64,000 bases of DNA. Source: Mobula hypostoma (Eukaryota). Positions 27,531 to 39,595 of this stretch are shown here, piece by piece; positions within the stretch are counted from its first letter, which is position 1; each line of letters begins with the position of its first letter. The stretch lies in NCBI RefSeq assembly GCF_963921235.1, contig NC_086108.1, positions 111,106,001-111,170,000 on the forward strand, given 5' to 3'. Made by a program: the position numbers and the translations under genes. A model generated the notes under the pieces. That model was not told the origin of the DNA. It searched no databases and was given only the letters and a program-made list of their open reading frames with translations.

Positions 27531-27761
27531 GGGTATATTTAATGCGGTGGTTAACAGGTTCTTGATTAGTCAGGGCATCAAAGGTTACGAGGAGAAGGCA
27601 GGAGAATGGGGCTGAGAAGAGAGATAAATCAGCCATGATCAAATGACAGGGCCAGCTCGATGGGCTGAATGGCCTAAAGCTGCTCCTATGTCTTCTGTAC
27701 TAAACGTCCTTATTTGTGAAAGCTAATGATCAAACCTACGACCTGTGATGCTACGTTCAGG

Positions 27762-29890
27762 TTGTTCTCTGGCAAAGATGTGATCGGTAGGTGGGAAGCC
27801 TTCAAAGGGGAAATTTTGAGAGTGCAGAGTTTGTATGTTCCTGTCAGGATTAAAGGCAAATTGAATAGGAATAAGGAACCTTGGTTCTCAAGGGATATTG
27901 CAACTCTGATAAAGAAGAAGAGGGAGTTGTATGAAATGTATAGGAAACAGGGGGTAAATCAGGTGCTTGAGGAGTATAAGAAGTGCAAGAAAATACTTAA
28001 GAAAGAAATCAGGAGGGCAAAAAGAAGACATGAGGTTGCCTTGGCAGTCAAAGTGAAGGATAATCCAAAGAGCTTTTACAAGTATATTAAGAGCAAAAGG
28101 ATTGTAAGGGATAAAATTGGTCCTCTTGAAGATCAGAGTGGTCGGCTTTGCGCGGAACCAAAGGAAATGGGGGAGATCTTAAATAGGTTTTTTGCGTCTG
28201 TATTTACTAAGGAAGCTGGCATGAAATCTATGGAGTTGAGGGAATCAAGTCGTGAGACCATGGAAACTGTACAGATTGAAAAGGAGGAGGTGCTTGCTGT
28301 CTTGAGGAAAAATAAAGTGGATAAATCCCTGGGACCTGACAGAGTGTTCCCTTGGACCTTGAAGGAGACTAGTGTTGAAATTGCAGGGGCCCTGGCAGAA
28401 ATATTTAAAATGTCGCTGTCTACGGGTGAAGTGCCGGAGGATTGGAGAGTGGCTCATGTTGTTCAATTGTTTAAAAAAGGATCGAAAAGTAATCCAGGAA
28501 ATCATAGGCTGGTGAGTTTAATGTCAGTAGTAGGTAAGTTATTGGAGGGAGTACTAAGAGACAGAATCTACAAGCATTTGGATTGACAGGGGCTTATTAG
28601 GGAGAGTCAACATGGCTTTGTGCGTGGTAGGTCATGTTTGACCAATCTGTTGGAGTTTTTCGAGGAGGTTACCAGTAAAGTGGATGAAGGGAAGGCAGTG
28701 GATATTGTCTACATGGACTTCAGTAAGGCCTTTGACAAGGTCCCGCATGGGAGGTTAGTTAGGAAAATTCAGTCGCTAGGTATACATGGAGAGGTGGTAA
28801 ATTGGATTAGACATTGGCTCGATGGAAGAAGCCAGAGAGTGGTGGTAGAGAATTGCTTCTCAGAGTGGAGGCCTGTGACTGGTGGTGTGCCACAGGGATC
28901 AGTGCTGGGTCCATTGTTATTTGTCATCTATATCAATGATCTGGATGATAATGTGGTAAATTGGATCAGCAAGTTTGCTGATGATACAAAGATTGGAGGT
29001 GTAGTAGACAGTGAGGAAGGTTTTCAGAGCCTGCAGAGGGACTTGGACCAGCTGGAAAAATGGGCTGAGAAATGGCAGATGGAGATTAATACTGACAAGT
29101 GTGAGGTATTGCACGTTGGAAGGACAAACCAACGTAGAACATACAGGGTTAATGGTAAGGCACTGAGGAGTGCAGTGGAACAGAGGGATCAGGGAATACA
29201 GATACAAAATTCCCTAAAAGTGTCGTCACAGGTAGATAGGGTCGTAAAGAGAACTTTTGGTACATTGTTCTTTAGTAATCGAAGTATTGAGTATAAGAGC
29301 TGGAATGTTATGATGAGGTTGTATAAGGCATTGGTGAGGCCGAATCTGGAGTATTGTGTTCAGTTTTGGTCATCAAATTACAGGAAGGATATAAATAAGG
29401 TTGAAAGAGTGCAGAGAAGGTTTACAAGGATGTTTCCGGGACTTGAGAAACTCAGTTACAGAGAAAGGTTGAATAGGTTAGGACTTTATTCCCTGGAGCG
29501 TAGAAGAATGAGGGGAGATTTGATAGAGGTATATAAAATTATGATGGGTATAGATAGAGTGAATGCAAGCAGGCTTTTTCCACTGAGGCAAGGGGAGAAA
29601 AAAACCAGAGGACATGGGTTAAGGGTGAGGGGGGAAAAGTTTAAAGGGAACATTAGCGGGGGCTTCTTCACAGAGAGTGGTGGGAGTATGGAATGAGCTG
29701 CCAGACGAAGTGGTAAATGCGGGTTGTTTTTTAACATTTAAGAATAAATTGGACAGATACATGGATGGGAGGTATATGGAGGGATATGGTCCGTGTGCAG
29801 GTCAGTGGGACTAGGCAGAAAATAGTTCGGCACAGCCAAGAAGGGCCAAAGGGCCTGTTTCTGTGCTGTAGTTTCTATGGTTCTATGGTT
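27762..29890 (+). mobile_element. CR1-clade LINE, second subfamily, 5'-truncated pseudo-ORF2
   Basis: ORFs 27726-28586 and 28620-29696 are in the same frame, split by one TGA; RT motifs YMDFSKAFDKV, GVPQGSVLGP, KFADD; ttctatgg tail. Confidence 0.93.
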
Positions 29891-32852
29891 CGCAGAGTTA
29901 TGGATCTGTATTCCCAGGTCCCTCAATTCTACCACATTCCTCAGTGCTCTACCATTCACCTGGAAAGTAGTACCCTGCTTTGTGTGTCTGGCCCTGGATT
30001 TCCAGCGTCTGCAGAATTTCATGTAATTATGATCACGAGGTTAATGTGCAGAATGAAAGAATTACCCTCAACTCTATCATATCCAAAGACAGCCTGTTCT
30101 GGGGTTGGAGGAACACAGCAGGTCAGGCAGCATCTATGAAGGGGGATAAACAGACGACATTTCAGGCTGAGATGCTTCATCAGGACCTCATGATCATTAA
30201 GCCATGATTCTAACCCAAGGACTGGTTGTGATCTGGAACCCACTGCCTGTAAGAAGGTGGAAGCCGATGCACTTGTGGTTTTGGTAGTTAAAAAACACAG
30301 GGTTATGGGAAAACAAGTGACTGGATGGCTGGCAAAGGGCCAGACAGCTTCCTTCCCTCTTATAGACACAAGACGTTCTGCAGATACTGGAGATCTTGAG
30401 CATCATGCACAAATTGGTGGAGGAACTCAGCAGGTCAGGCAGCACTTATGCAGGGAAATAAACAGTCACATGGTCAGCAGACAGCCATCATCAGGACTGG
30501 CCCAAAGTGCCGACGGTTTATTCCAAATGGTTCTAAATGGAGTAAATGGTTCAATTTAATATCAGAAAATATCTATTAGATTAGATTATGAGAACACTCA
30601 GTCCTCTTTTATTGTCATTTAGAAATGCATACATGCATTAAGAAATGATACAATGTTTCTCCGGAGTGATATCACAGAAAACAGGACAAACCAAAGACTA
30701 ACACTGACAGAATCACATAATTATAACATATAGTTACAGCAGTGCAGAGCAATACCGTAATTTGATGAAGAACAGGCCATGGGCACGGTAAAAAAAAGTC
30801 TCAAAGTCCCGAGTCGATGGACTCCCAAGGCCCCGATAGCAGGCAGCAAAAGGGAGAAACTCCCTGCCATAAACCTCCAGGCACCGTCCACTTGCCGATA
30901 CCTTGGAAGCAGCCGACCACAGCCGACCCTGAGTCCATCCTTCCGAAAACTCCGAGCTTCTGAGCAGCTTCCCGAGCGCCATCCTCTGCCGAGCGCCTTC
31001 GACCTCTCCCCGGCCGCTGAAACACATAAAGCCGAGGATTTCAGGGCCTTCTGCTCCGGAGATTCCGGTTACCACACAGTAGCAGCGGTGGCGAAGCGGG
31101 CGTTTCAGAAGTTTTCCAGATGTTCCTCCATGCTCTCACGTCTGTCTCCATCAAATCAGAATTCTGCACGGTTCCCTACTTGACCGATAACAGATATACA
31201 GTATAAAACCTGAAATTCTTACTCTTCATAGACAGCCACGAAACAAGAAACCCCAAAGAGTGAATGCTAGAAACATCGGAAGCCCAAAGCACCCCCCTCC
31301 CACACACAAGCAGCACCAGAAATATCGACCCTCCCCTTCTTCCTCCCCCCACTTGCACCACCCCCCCGGCACGCAAGCAATAGTAAAAGCCCCCTGAAAG
31401 AGACCTTGATCAAAACTATACAGTGCACTCTAGCAAATCCCTAATACATGTAAATACATATGGTGAATAAATTTGATCCATGATTAGGACTGAGTAATAA
31501 GGACCCAGAGCTGATGAAGAGTCTCAGCCCCAAATGTCGACTGTTTATTCCCCTCCATAGATGCTGCCTGAGCTGCTGAGTTCCTCCAGCATTTTGTGTG
31601 TTGCTCAATATTTCCAGCATCTGCAGAATCCTTTGTATTTGGTGTCTGGGTCTGAAGGCCTAACTGGAAAATAATTGTTTATTTTCCACTGATAATTCTC
31701 GGCATGATGCAGGATTTCAAAGTTCAAGGTTCAAAATTCGAAGTAAATGTTCTATCAAAGTACATTTATGTCACCATATACAACCCTGAGATGCCTTTTC
31801 TTGCGGGCAGTTAAAGAAACACAAATACAATGAAAAATTACATACAAGACAGACAAACAATGTGCAAAAGAAAACAAACCACGTAAACACAAAAATAAAA
31901 AAATAGCGATAATAAATAAGTAATACATATTGAGAACTTGAGATGAAGAGTCTTTGGAAGTAAATCCCTAGGTTGGGGGAAGAGTTCCATGATGGGGTGA
32001 GAGAAGTTGAGTGAAGTTATCCCCTCTGGTTCAGGATCCTGATGGTTGAGGGGTAATAACTGTTCCTGAATCTGGTGGTGTGGATCCTGAGGTTCCTGTA
32101 CCTTCTTCCTGATGGCAGCAGCGAGAAGAGAGCATGGCCTGGTGGTGGGGTCCCTGACGATGGATGCTGCTTTCCTGTAACAATATGCCATGTAGATGTG
32201 CTCAATGGTGGGGAGGGCTTTACCTGTGATGGACTGGGCCATATCCGTTACTTTTAGTAGGCTTTTCTTTCAAGGGCATATCTTACAAATTTCTACAGAT
32301 GCATCATGGAGAACATTCGAACTGGCTGCATCACAGTCTGGTATGGGGGTACGGGTGGTATCGTACAGGATTGAAATAAGCTGCATTGAGTTGTAAACTT
32401 AGCTCCATCATGGAAACTAGCCTCTGTAGTATCCAGGACATCTGCAAGGAGGGATGCATCCATCGTTAAGGACCCCCATCACCCAGGACAAGCCCTCTTC
32501 TCATTGCTACCATCAGGGAAGAGGTACAGAAGCCCGAAGGCACACACTCAATGATTCAGGAACAGCTTCCTCCCCTCTGATGTTTTTTTCTGTTATTATG
32601 AATTGCATTGTACTGCTGCCGCAAAGACAAGAAATCTGACGACACATGCCAGTGATATTAAACCTGTTTCTGATCGGTGTTTCCATAGCAGGCTGTGATA
32701 CAGCCAGTCAATTTACTCTCCACCGCACATCAATAGAAGTTTGTTTTAAAAACGCAAACAACAGGAATTCTGCAGATGCTGGAAATTCAAGCAACACATA
32801 TCAAAGTTGCTGGTGAACACAGCAGGCCAGGCAGCATCTCTAGGAAGAGGTG

Positions 32853-32894
32853 CAGTCGACGTTTCAGGCCAAGACCCTTCGTCAGGACTAACTG
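32853..32894 (-). ncRNA. Minimal hammerhead ribozyme motif (inverted arm)
   Basis: Reverse complement reads cagttagtcCTGACGAagggtcttggcctGAAAcGTCgactg. Confidence 0.75.
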
Positions 32895-34560
32895 AAGGAA
32901 GAGTTAGTAAGAGATTTGAAAGTGGGAGGGGGAGGGGGAGATCCAAAATGATAGGAGAAGACAGGAGGGGGAGGGATAGAGCTAAGAGCTGGACAGGTGA
33001 TTGGCAAAAGGGATATGAGAGGATCATGGGACAGGAGGCCTACGGAGAAAGACAAGGGTGGGGGGAAGCCCAGAGGATGGGCAAGGGGTATAGTCAGAGG
33101 GACAGAGGGAGAAAAAGGAGAGTGAGAGAAAGAATGTGTGTATAAAAATAAATAACGGATGGGGTACGAGGGGGAAGTGGGGCATTAGCGGAAGTTAGAG
33201 AAGTCGATGTTCATGCCATCAGGTTGGAGGCTACCCAGACGGAATATAAGGTGTTGTTCCTCCAACCTGAGTGTGGCTTCATCTTTACAGTACAGGAGGC
33301 CGTGGATAGACATATCAGAATGGGAATGGGATGTGGAATTAAAATGTGTGGCCACTGGGAGATCCTGCTTTCTCTGGCGGACAGAGTGTAGGTGTCCTCA
33401 CAGCTATCTGGACTATTCCTCTTCTCACCCTGTCTCTTGCAAAAATGCCATCCCCTTCTTGCAATTCCTCCATCTCCGTCACATCTGCTCTCAGGATGAG
33501 GCTTTTCATTCCAGGATGAGAGCGATGTCCTCCTTTTTTAAAGAAAGGGGCTTCCCTTCCTCCACTATCAACTCTGCTCTCAAACGCATCTCCCCCATTT
33601 CACGTACCTCTGCTCTCACTCCATCCTCCCGCCACCCCACTAGGAATAGGGTCCCCCTGGCCCTCACCTACCACCCCACCAGCCTCCGGGTCCAACATAT
33701 TATTCTCTGTAACTTCCACCACCTCCAACGGGATCCCACCACTAAGCACATCTTTCCCTCCCCACCTCTCTCTGCTTTCCGCAGGGATCGCTCCCTATGC
33801 GACTCCCTTGTCCATTCGTCCCCCCCATCCCTCCCCACTGATCTCCCTCCTGGCACTTATCCGTGTAAGCGGAACAAGGGCTGCACATGCCCTTACACTT
33901 CCTCCCTTACCACCATTCAGGGCCACAAACAGTCCTTCAGGTGAGGCGTCACTTCACCTGTGAGTCGACTGGGGTGATATACTGCGTCTGGTGCTCCCGA
34001 TGTGGCCTTTTATATATTGGCGAGACCCAACGCAGACTGGGAGATCATTTTGCTGAACACCTATGCTCTGTCCGCCAGAGAAAGCAGGATCTCCCAGTGG
34101 CCACACATTTTAATTCCACATCCCATTCCCATTCTGACATGTCTATCCGCGGCCTCCTCTACTGTAAAGATGAAGCCACACTCAGGTTGGAGGAACAACA
34201 CCTTATATTCCGTCTGGGTAGCCTCCAACCTGATGGCATGAACATCGACTTCTCTAACTTCCGCTAAGGCCCCACCTCCCCCTCGTACCCCATCTGTTAC
34301 TCATTTTTATGCACACATTCTTTCTCTCACTCTCCTTTTTCTCCCTCTGTCCCTCTGAATATACCCCTTGCCCATCCTCTGGGTCCCCCGCCCCCCCCCC
34401 CGTCTTTCTCCCTGGACCTCCTGTCCCATGATCCTCTCGTATCCCTTTTGCCAATCACCTGTCCAGCTCTTGGCTCCATCCCTCCCCCTCCTGTCTTCTC
34501 CTATCATTTTGGATCTCCCCCTCCCCCTCCCACTTTCAAATCTCTTACTAACTCTTCCTT

Positions 34561-34602
34561 CAGTTAGTCCTGATGAAGGGTCTCGGCCTGAAACGTCGAC
34601 TG
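34561..34602 (+). ncRNA. Minimal type I hammerhead ribozyme motif in Penelope terminal repeat
   Basis: agtc-CTGATGA-a-gggtctcggcct-GAAA-c-GTC-gact: catalytic core CUGANGA/GAAA, stem II hairpin, palindromic ACGT mini stem III, NUH triplet and stem I agtc/gact. Confidence 0.75.
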
Positions 34603-35851
34603 TACCTCTTCCTAGAGATGCTGCCTGGCCTGCTGCATTCACCAGCAACTTTGATGTGTGTTAATAGAAGTTTGTCAAAGTTTTAGATGACGTGACGATT
34701 TAATATGCAATCATTCAAAAGCTCTCAGTATTGGTAAAGTGTGTTACCAGGAAATTAAATCTAGGGGGTGGGGAAAAAGTTTTCAGGCTGTTTGGGTGTA
34801 ACTAAGGGAGTGTCCCTATGATCTGCTTTTGGCTTATAATTATTAACTACCTAGATTAATGACTTGTAGAAGAGAGAATGATGCTAAGGCCCACATTTGC
34901 TGATGGCAATAAAATGAATGGGAGGGCCCGGTATTGAGATGATGTGTGGACAGGTTGAATAAGTAGTGAAATCCTGGCAAAAGAAGTTCAAGTTCACTGT
35001 AGAGTAACACGCACACACAAAATGCTGGAGGAACACAGCAGGTCAGGCAGCAGCTATGGAAATGAATAAACTGCCAAAGTTTTGGGTCGAGACCCTTCAT
35101 CTGGACTGGAAAAGAAGGGGACAGAAGCTAAGATAAGAAGGTGGAGGGAGGGGGAGGAGCACACCTGGCAGGTGGCAGGTGAGACCAGGTGAAGGGAAGG
35201 TGGGTTGGGGGTCATGCTGTGAGCAGCATGAAACAAGTTGTGTAAAAAGAGACCAAAAACAGTGAAGTAGTGTTCCTGGGTTCATTGTCCGTTCAGAAAT
35301 CTGATGACAGAGGTGAAGAAGCTGGCCCTGAAATACTGAGAGTGTGAGTGTGACTCCTGTACTTCCTCGTTGATGGTAGCAATGAGGAAGAAGGCATGTC
35401 CTGGCTGATGGACACTGCTATTCTTTGAGGCATCACCTTTTAAAGATGTAATTCAAAATATATAAAATATAATAAGAAGGCAGTGTCCAAGATTTTTTAA
35501 TGTCATTTCCAGTAGACAAATGGAAAGGGGAACGAAATAATTCCAGATCCGAGGCAGCACAAAAAAGTAGTAAGATAAAGAACACAATAACAATAAAAAC
35601 ACAATAAATATAAGTACATAAGATAGGTTCTACTTACTGAGTTGTGAGATAGATTTGGAGGAGATGAACTTACATACCAGACTGTGAGTTAATCAGTCAT
35701 ATTTGGATAAACACTCAGCCTTGGGATACAAAATCTGACCTACCCCGATCACTTAGTATGACTTAGAACGTCATTGTGTATTGTATTTGATTTTAGTCTG
35801 CTCATGTTTTATCGAGACTGTGTTAGACCATGAGACATAGGTGCAGAATTT

Positions 35852-36043
35852 GGGTTGGCACAGTAGCGTAGTGATTAGCACAGCGTCTTACAGTTCCAGC
35901 GACCCAGGTTCAATTCCTGCCACTGCCTGTTGGAGTTTGTACGGTCTCCCCGTGACTGCATGGGTTTCCTCCGGGTGCTCCGGTTTCCTCCCACAGTCCA
36001 AAGACCTACTAGTTGGTAGTTTAATTGGTCATTGTGAATTGTC
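35852..36043 (+). mobile_element. V-SINE (HE1-like); minus-strand relatives at ~2720-2875, 22030-22195, 24020-24190, 26830-26935, 45225-45375, 51895-52175, 54250-54420
   Basis: B box ggttcaattcc (35907-35917) plus V-domain-like ggagtttgtacggtctccccgtgactgcatgggtttcctccgggtgctccggtttcctcccacagtccaaagac. Confidence 0.8.
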
Positions 36044-36260
36044 AAGATGTACCCTCAGCGAGAGAGGAGATTGCTGAGCCTCTGGCGATGATCTTTGCAT
36101 CATCAATGGGGATGAGAGAGGTTCTGGAGAATTGGAGGGTTGCTGATGTTGTTCCATTATTCAAGAAAGGGAGTAGAGATGGCCCAGGAAATTATAAACC
36201 AGTGAGTCTTACTGCAATGGTTGATAAGTTGATGGAGAAAATCCTGAGGGGCAGGATTTA

Positions 36261-37846
36261 TAGAAACATAGAAACATAGAAAATAGGTGCAGGAGTAGGC
36301 CATTCGGCCCTTCGAGCCTGCACCACCATTTATTATGATCATGGCTGATCATCCAAATCAGAACCCCGCCCCAGCCTTCCCTCCATACCCCCTGACCCCC
36401 GTAGCCACAAGGGCCATATCTAACTCCCTCTTAAATATAGCCAATGAACTGGCCTCAACTGTTTCCTGTGGCAGAGAATTCCACAGATTCACCACTCTCT
36501 GTGTGAAGAAGTTTTTCCTAATCTCGGTCCTAAAAGGCTTCCCCTCTATCCTCAAACTGTGGCCCCTCGTTCTGGACTTCCCCAACATCGGGAACAATCT
36601 TCCTGCAGCTAGCCTGTCCAATCCCTTTAGGATCTTATACGTTTCAATCAGATCCCCCCTCAATCTTCTAAATTCCAACGAGTACAAGCCCAGTTCATCC
36701 AGTCTTTCTTCATATGAAAGTCCTGTCATCCCAGGAATCAATCTGGTGAACCTTCTTTGTACTCCCTCTATGGCAAAGATGTCTTTCCTCAGATTAGGGG
36801 ACCAAAACTGCACACAATACTCCAGGTGTGGTCTCACCAAGGCCTTGTACAACTGCAGTAGTACCTCCCTGCTCCTGTACTCGAATCCTCTCGCTATAAA
36901 TGCCAGCATACCATTCGCCTTTTTCACCGCCTGCTGTACCTGCATGCCCACTTTGAATGACTGGTGTATAATGACACCCAGGTCTCGTTGCACCTCCCCT
37001 TTTCCTAATTGGCCACCATTCAGATAATAATCTGTTTTCCTATTTTTGCCACCAAAGTGGATAACTTCACATTTATCCACATTAAATTGCATCTGCCATG
37101 AATTTGCCCACTCACCCAACCTATCCAAGTCACCCTGCATCCTCTTAGCATCCTCCTCACAGCTAACACTGCTACCCAGCTTTGTGTCATCCACAAACTT
37201 GGAGATGCTGCATTTAATTCCCTCATCCAAGTCATTAATATATATTTTAAACAACTGGGGTCCCAGCACTGAGCCTTGCGTACCCCACTAGTCACCGCCT
37301 GCCATTCTGAAAAGGTCCCGTTTATTCCCACTCTTTGCTTCCTGTCTGCTAACCAATTCTCCACCCACACCAATACCTTACCCCCAATACCGTGTGCTTT
37401 AAGTTTGCACACTAATCTCCTGTGTGGGACCTTGTCAAAAGCCTTTTGAAAATCCAAATGTACCACATCCACTGGTTCTCCCCTATCCACTCTACTAGTT
37501 ACATCCTCAAAAAATTCTATGAGATTTGTCAGACATGATTTTCCTTTCACAAATCCATGCTGACTTTGTCCGATCATTTCACCGCTTTCCAAATGTGCTG
37601 TTATCACATCCTTGATAACTGACTCCAGCAGTTTCCCCACCACCGACGTTAGGCTAACTGGTCTATAATTCCCCGGTTTCTCTCTCCCTCCTTTTTTAAA
37701 AAGTGGGGTTACATTAGCCACCCTCCAATCCTCAAGAACTAGTCCAGAATCTAACGAGTTTTGAAAAATTATCACTAATTGGGCTACTTCCTTAAGCACT
37801 CTAGGATGCAGACCATCTGACCCTGGGGATTTATCTGCCTTCAATC
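36261..37846 (-). mobile_element. CR1-clade LINE 3' part, same subfamily as the 16.4 kb copy, nested in an older CR1
   Basis: Near-identical reverse complement of ~17220-18817, with a frameshift and FVDD in place of FADD; (catagaaa)n tail at 36261. Confidence 0.95.
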
Positions 37847-37849
37847 GCT

Positions 37850-38490
37850 ATGAACAGTTTATGAACAGTTGGAGAGGCATAATATGTTTAGGAATAGTCA
37901 GCAGGTTGTGCCTTACGAGCCTGATTGAACAATAGATGTAGTGTATATGGATTTCAGCAAGGCATTTGATAAGGTACCCCATGCAAGGCTTATTGAGAAA
38001 GTAAGGAGGCATGGGATCCAAGGGGACATTGCTTTGTGGATCCAGAACAGGCTTGCCCATAGAAGGCGACCCCACTTGGAGAACTGTGCTCAGTTCTGGT
38101 CGCCTCACTACAGGAAGGATGTGGAAACCATAGAAAGGGTGCAGAGGAGATTTACAAGGATATTACCTGGATTGGGGAGCGTGCCTCATGAGAATGGGTT
38201 GAGTGAATTTGGCCTTTTTTTCTTGGAGCGACGGAGGATGAGAGGTGACCTGATAGAGGTGTATAAGATGATGAGAGGCATTGATTGTGTGGATAGTCAG
38301 AGGCTTTTTCTAGGGCTGAAATAGCTAGCACGAGAGGGCACAGTTTTAAGGTGCTTGGAAGTAGGTACAGAGGAGATGTCAGGGGTAAGTATTTTACACA
38401 GAGAGTGGTGAGTGCGTGGAATAGGCTGCCGGCGACAGTGGTGAAGGCAGATACGATAGGGTCTTTTAAGAGACTCCTGGACAGGTAGAG
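37850..38490 (+). mobile_element. Older CR1 fragment continuing 36050-36260; close relative at ~50995-51640
   Basis: YMDFSKAFDKVPHARL...RPHLENCAQFWSPHY; 3' part nearly identical to 50995-51340. Confidence 0.85.
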
Positions 38491-39029
38491 TACCTTCCTC
38501 TACCACCACCCAAACATCCACCTCACTCTGAGTAAAAGATTTACTTCTGACATCCCCTCTATACTTTCCTCCAATCAACTTAAAAAAATATGCTCCCTTT
38601 CATTAGCCATTGATGCCCTAAGAAAAAGACTGGCTATCTACTCGGCCTATGGGTCTTATCGTGCACACCTCTGTCAAGTCATTTCTCATCCTCCTTTGCC
38701 AAAGCTTCCACGTCCCTCCTATAATAAGGTGACCAGAACTGAACATAAATCCCATTTCTTATTTTAACTTACAGTATTTTTTATTATGTATTGCACTGTA
38801 CTGCTGCCACAGAGCAACGCATTTCATGATATATGTCAGTGACAGTAAACCAGATTCTGATTCTGAAAAAGGGGTGGGGTTGGGGAATATTGGAGAGATT
38901 TGCATGTCCCATCAAGGTCTTATTTGACCCGACAAGAGACATGAGATCTCCTTCCTTCACCATAGGAAAGTAGCTGATGAAACTCCGATCTTGCAAAGTC
39001 AAAGCAAATTTATTATCAAAGTACGTGTG

Positions 39030-39595
39030 AGGCCTCCGTTGGTCGGAGTTGATGATGGATATTGCGTCCTACCTCTCTAGATATGTAAGCTAGGGCAGTA
39101 CAATATGGAGAGCGAGCTGTTGCCCATATAGCAAACTCCTCTTCTCCATGCATCTGATGAACCCAAAGGAACGGCAGAGACCGATACAGTTTGGCGCCAG
39201 CAGCATCGCAGGAGTTGCCAGTCAGCGTTGAACTCAATGTAGGACTGCCTTAGGGACTCCAATTCCAGATGTTTCCCTTGGGGTTTATGCCCAAGGCCTT
39301 CGCCACGAGTGGGTATAGCCGCAAAGTAGTGGAGGTTTAAGATCAGAGTATTTCTTCTCCTAGATGAGCTACCAATCATGGCTGACGAGCTCCCATCTAC
39401 CCAAAGCGACTGGTTTTAAGGCGCCAGTGACCTGCCTTTGCCCCTTCTGTCAGTAAAAATGGTTCCGCAGGGCTTAGTAACTAAGTCACCCTTGAAGGCC
39501 AGGAACTGGACTTAATGGTCAGAGGCTTTTTGAGTTGCATGCCATTAATAGGTAGGAGCTTGTCCCCATTACACCTCCAGCTATAATAACCTTAT
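39030..39595 (-). mobile_element. Unclassified ~550-bp interspersed repeat (copies also at ~40090-40645 minus and ~11490-12010 plus)
   Basis: Shared blocks such as gaacccaaaggaac..gagaccgatacagtttggc and gaaggccagga.ctggactt in all three copies. Confidence 0.8.

Larger units (their letters stand above)
32745..34662. mobile_element. Penelope-like element (Neptune-type): 5'-truncated body plus inverted copy of its 3' end, 13-bp TSD
   Basis: The + arm from ~33396 encodes the RT C-terminus (HSYLDYSSSHP), a Cys linker (GTYPCKRNKGCTC) and a frameshifted GIY-YIG nuclease (FTCESTGVIYCVWCSRCGLLYIGETQRRL...EH). 32745-33395 is the reverse complement of the 3' end. TSD aatagaagtttgt at 32732-32744 and 34663-34675. 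Confidence 0.9.
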
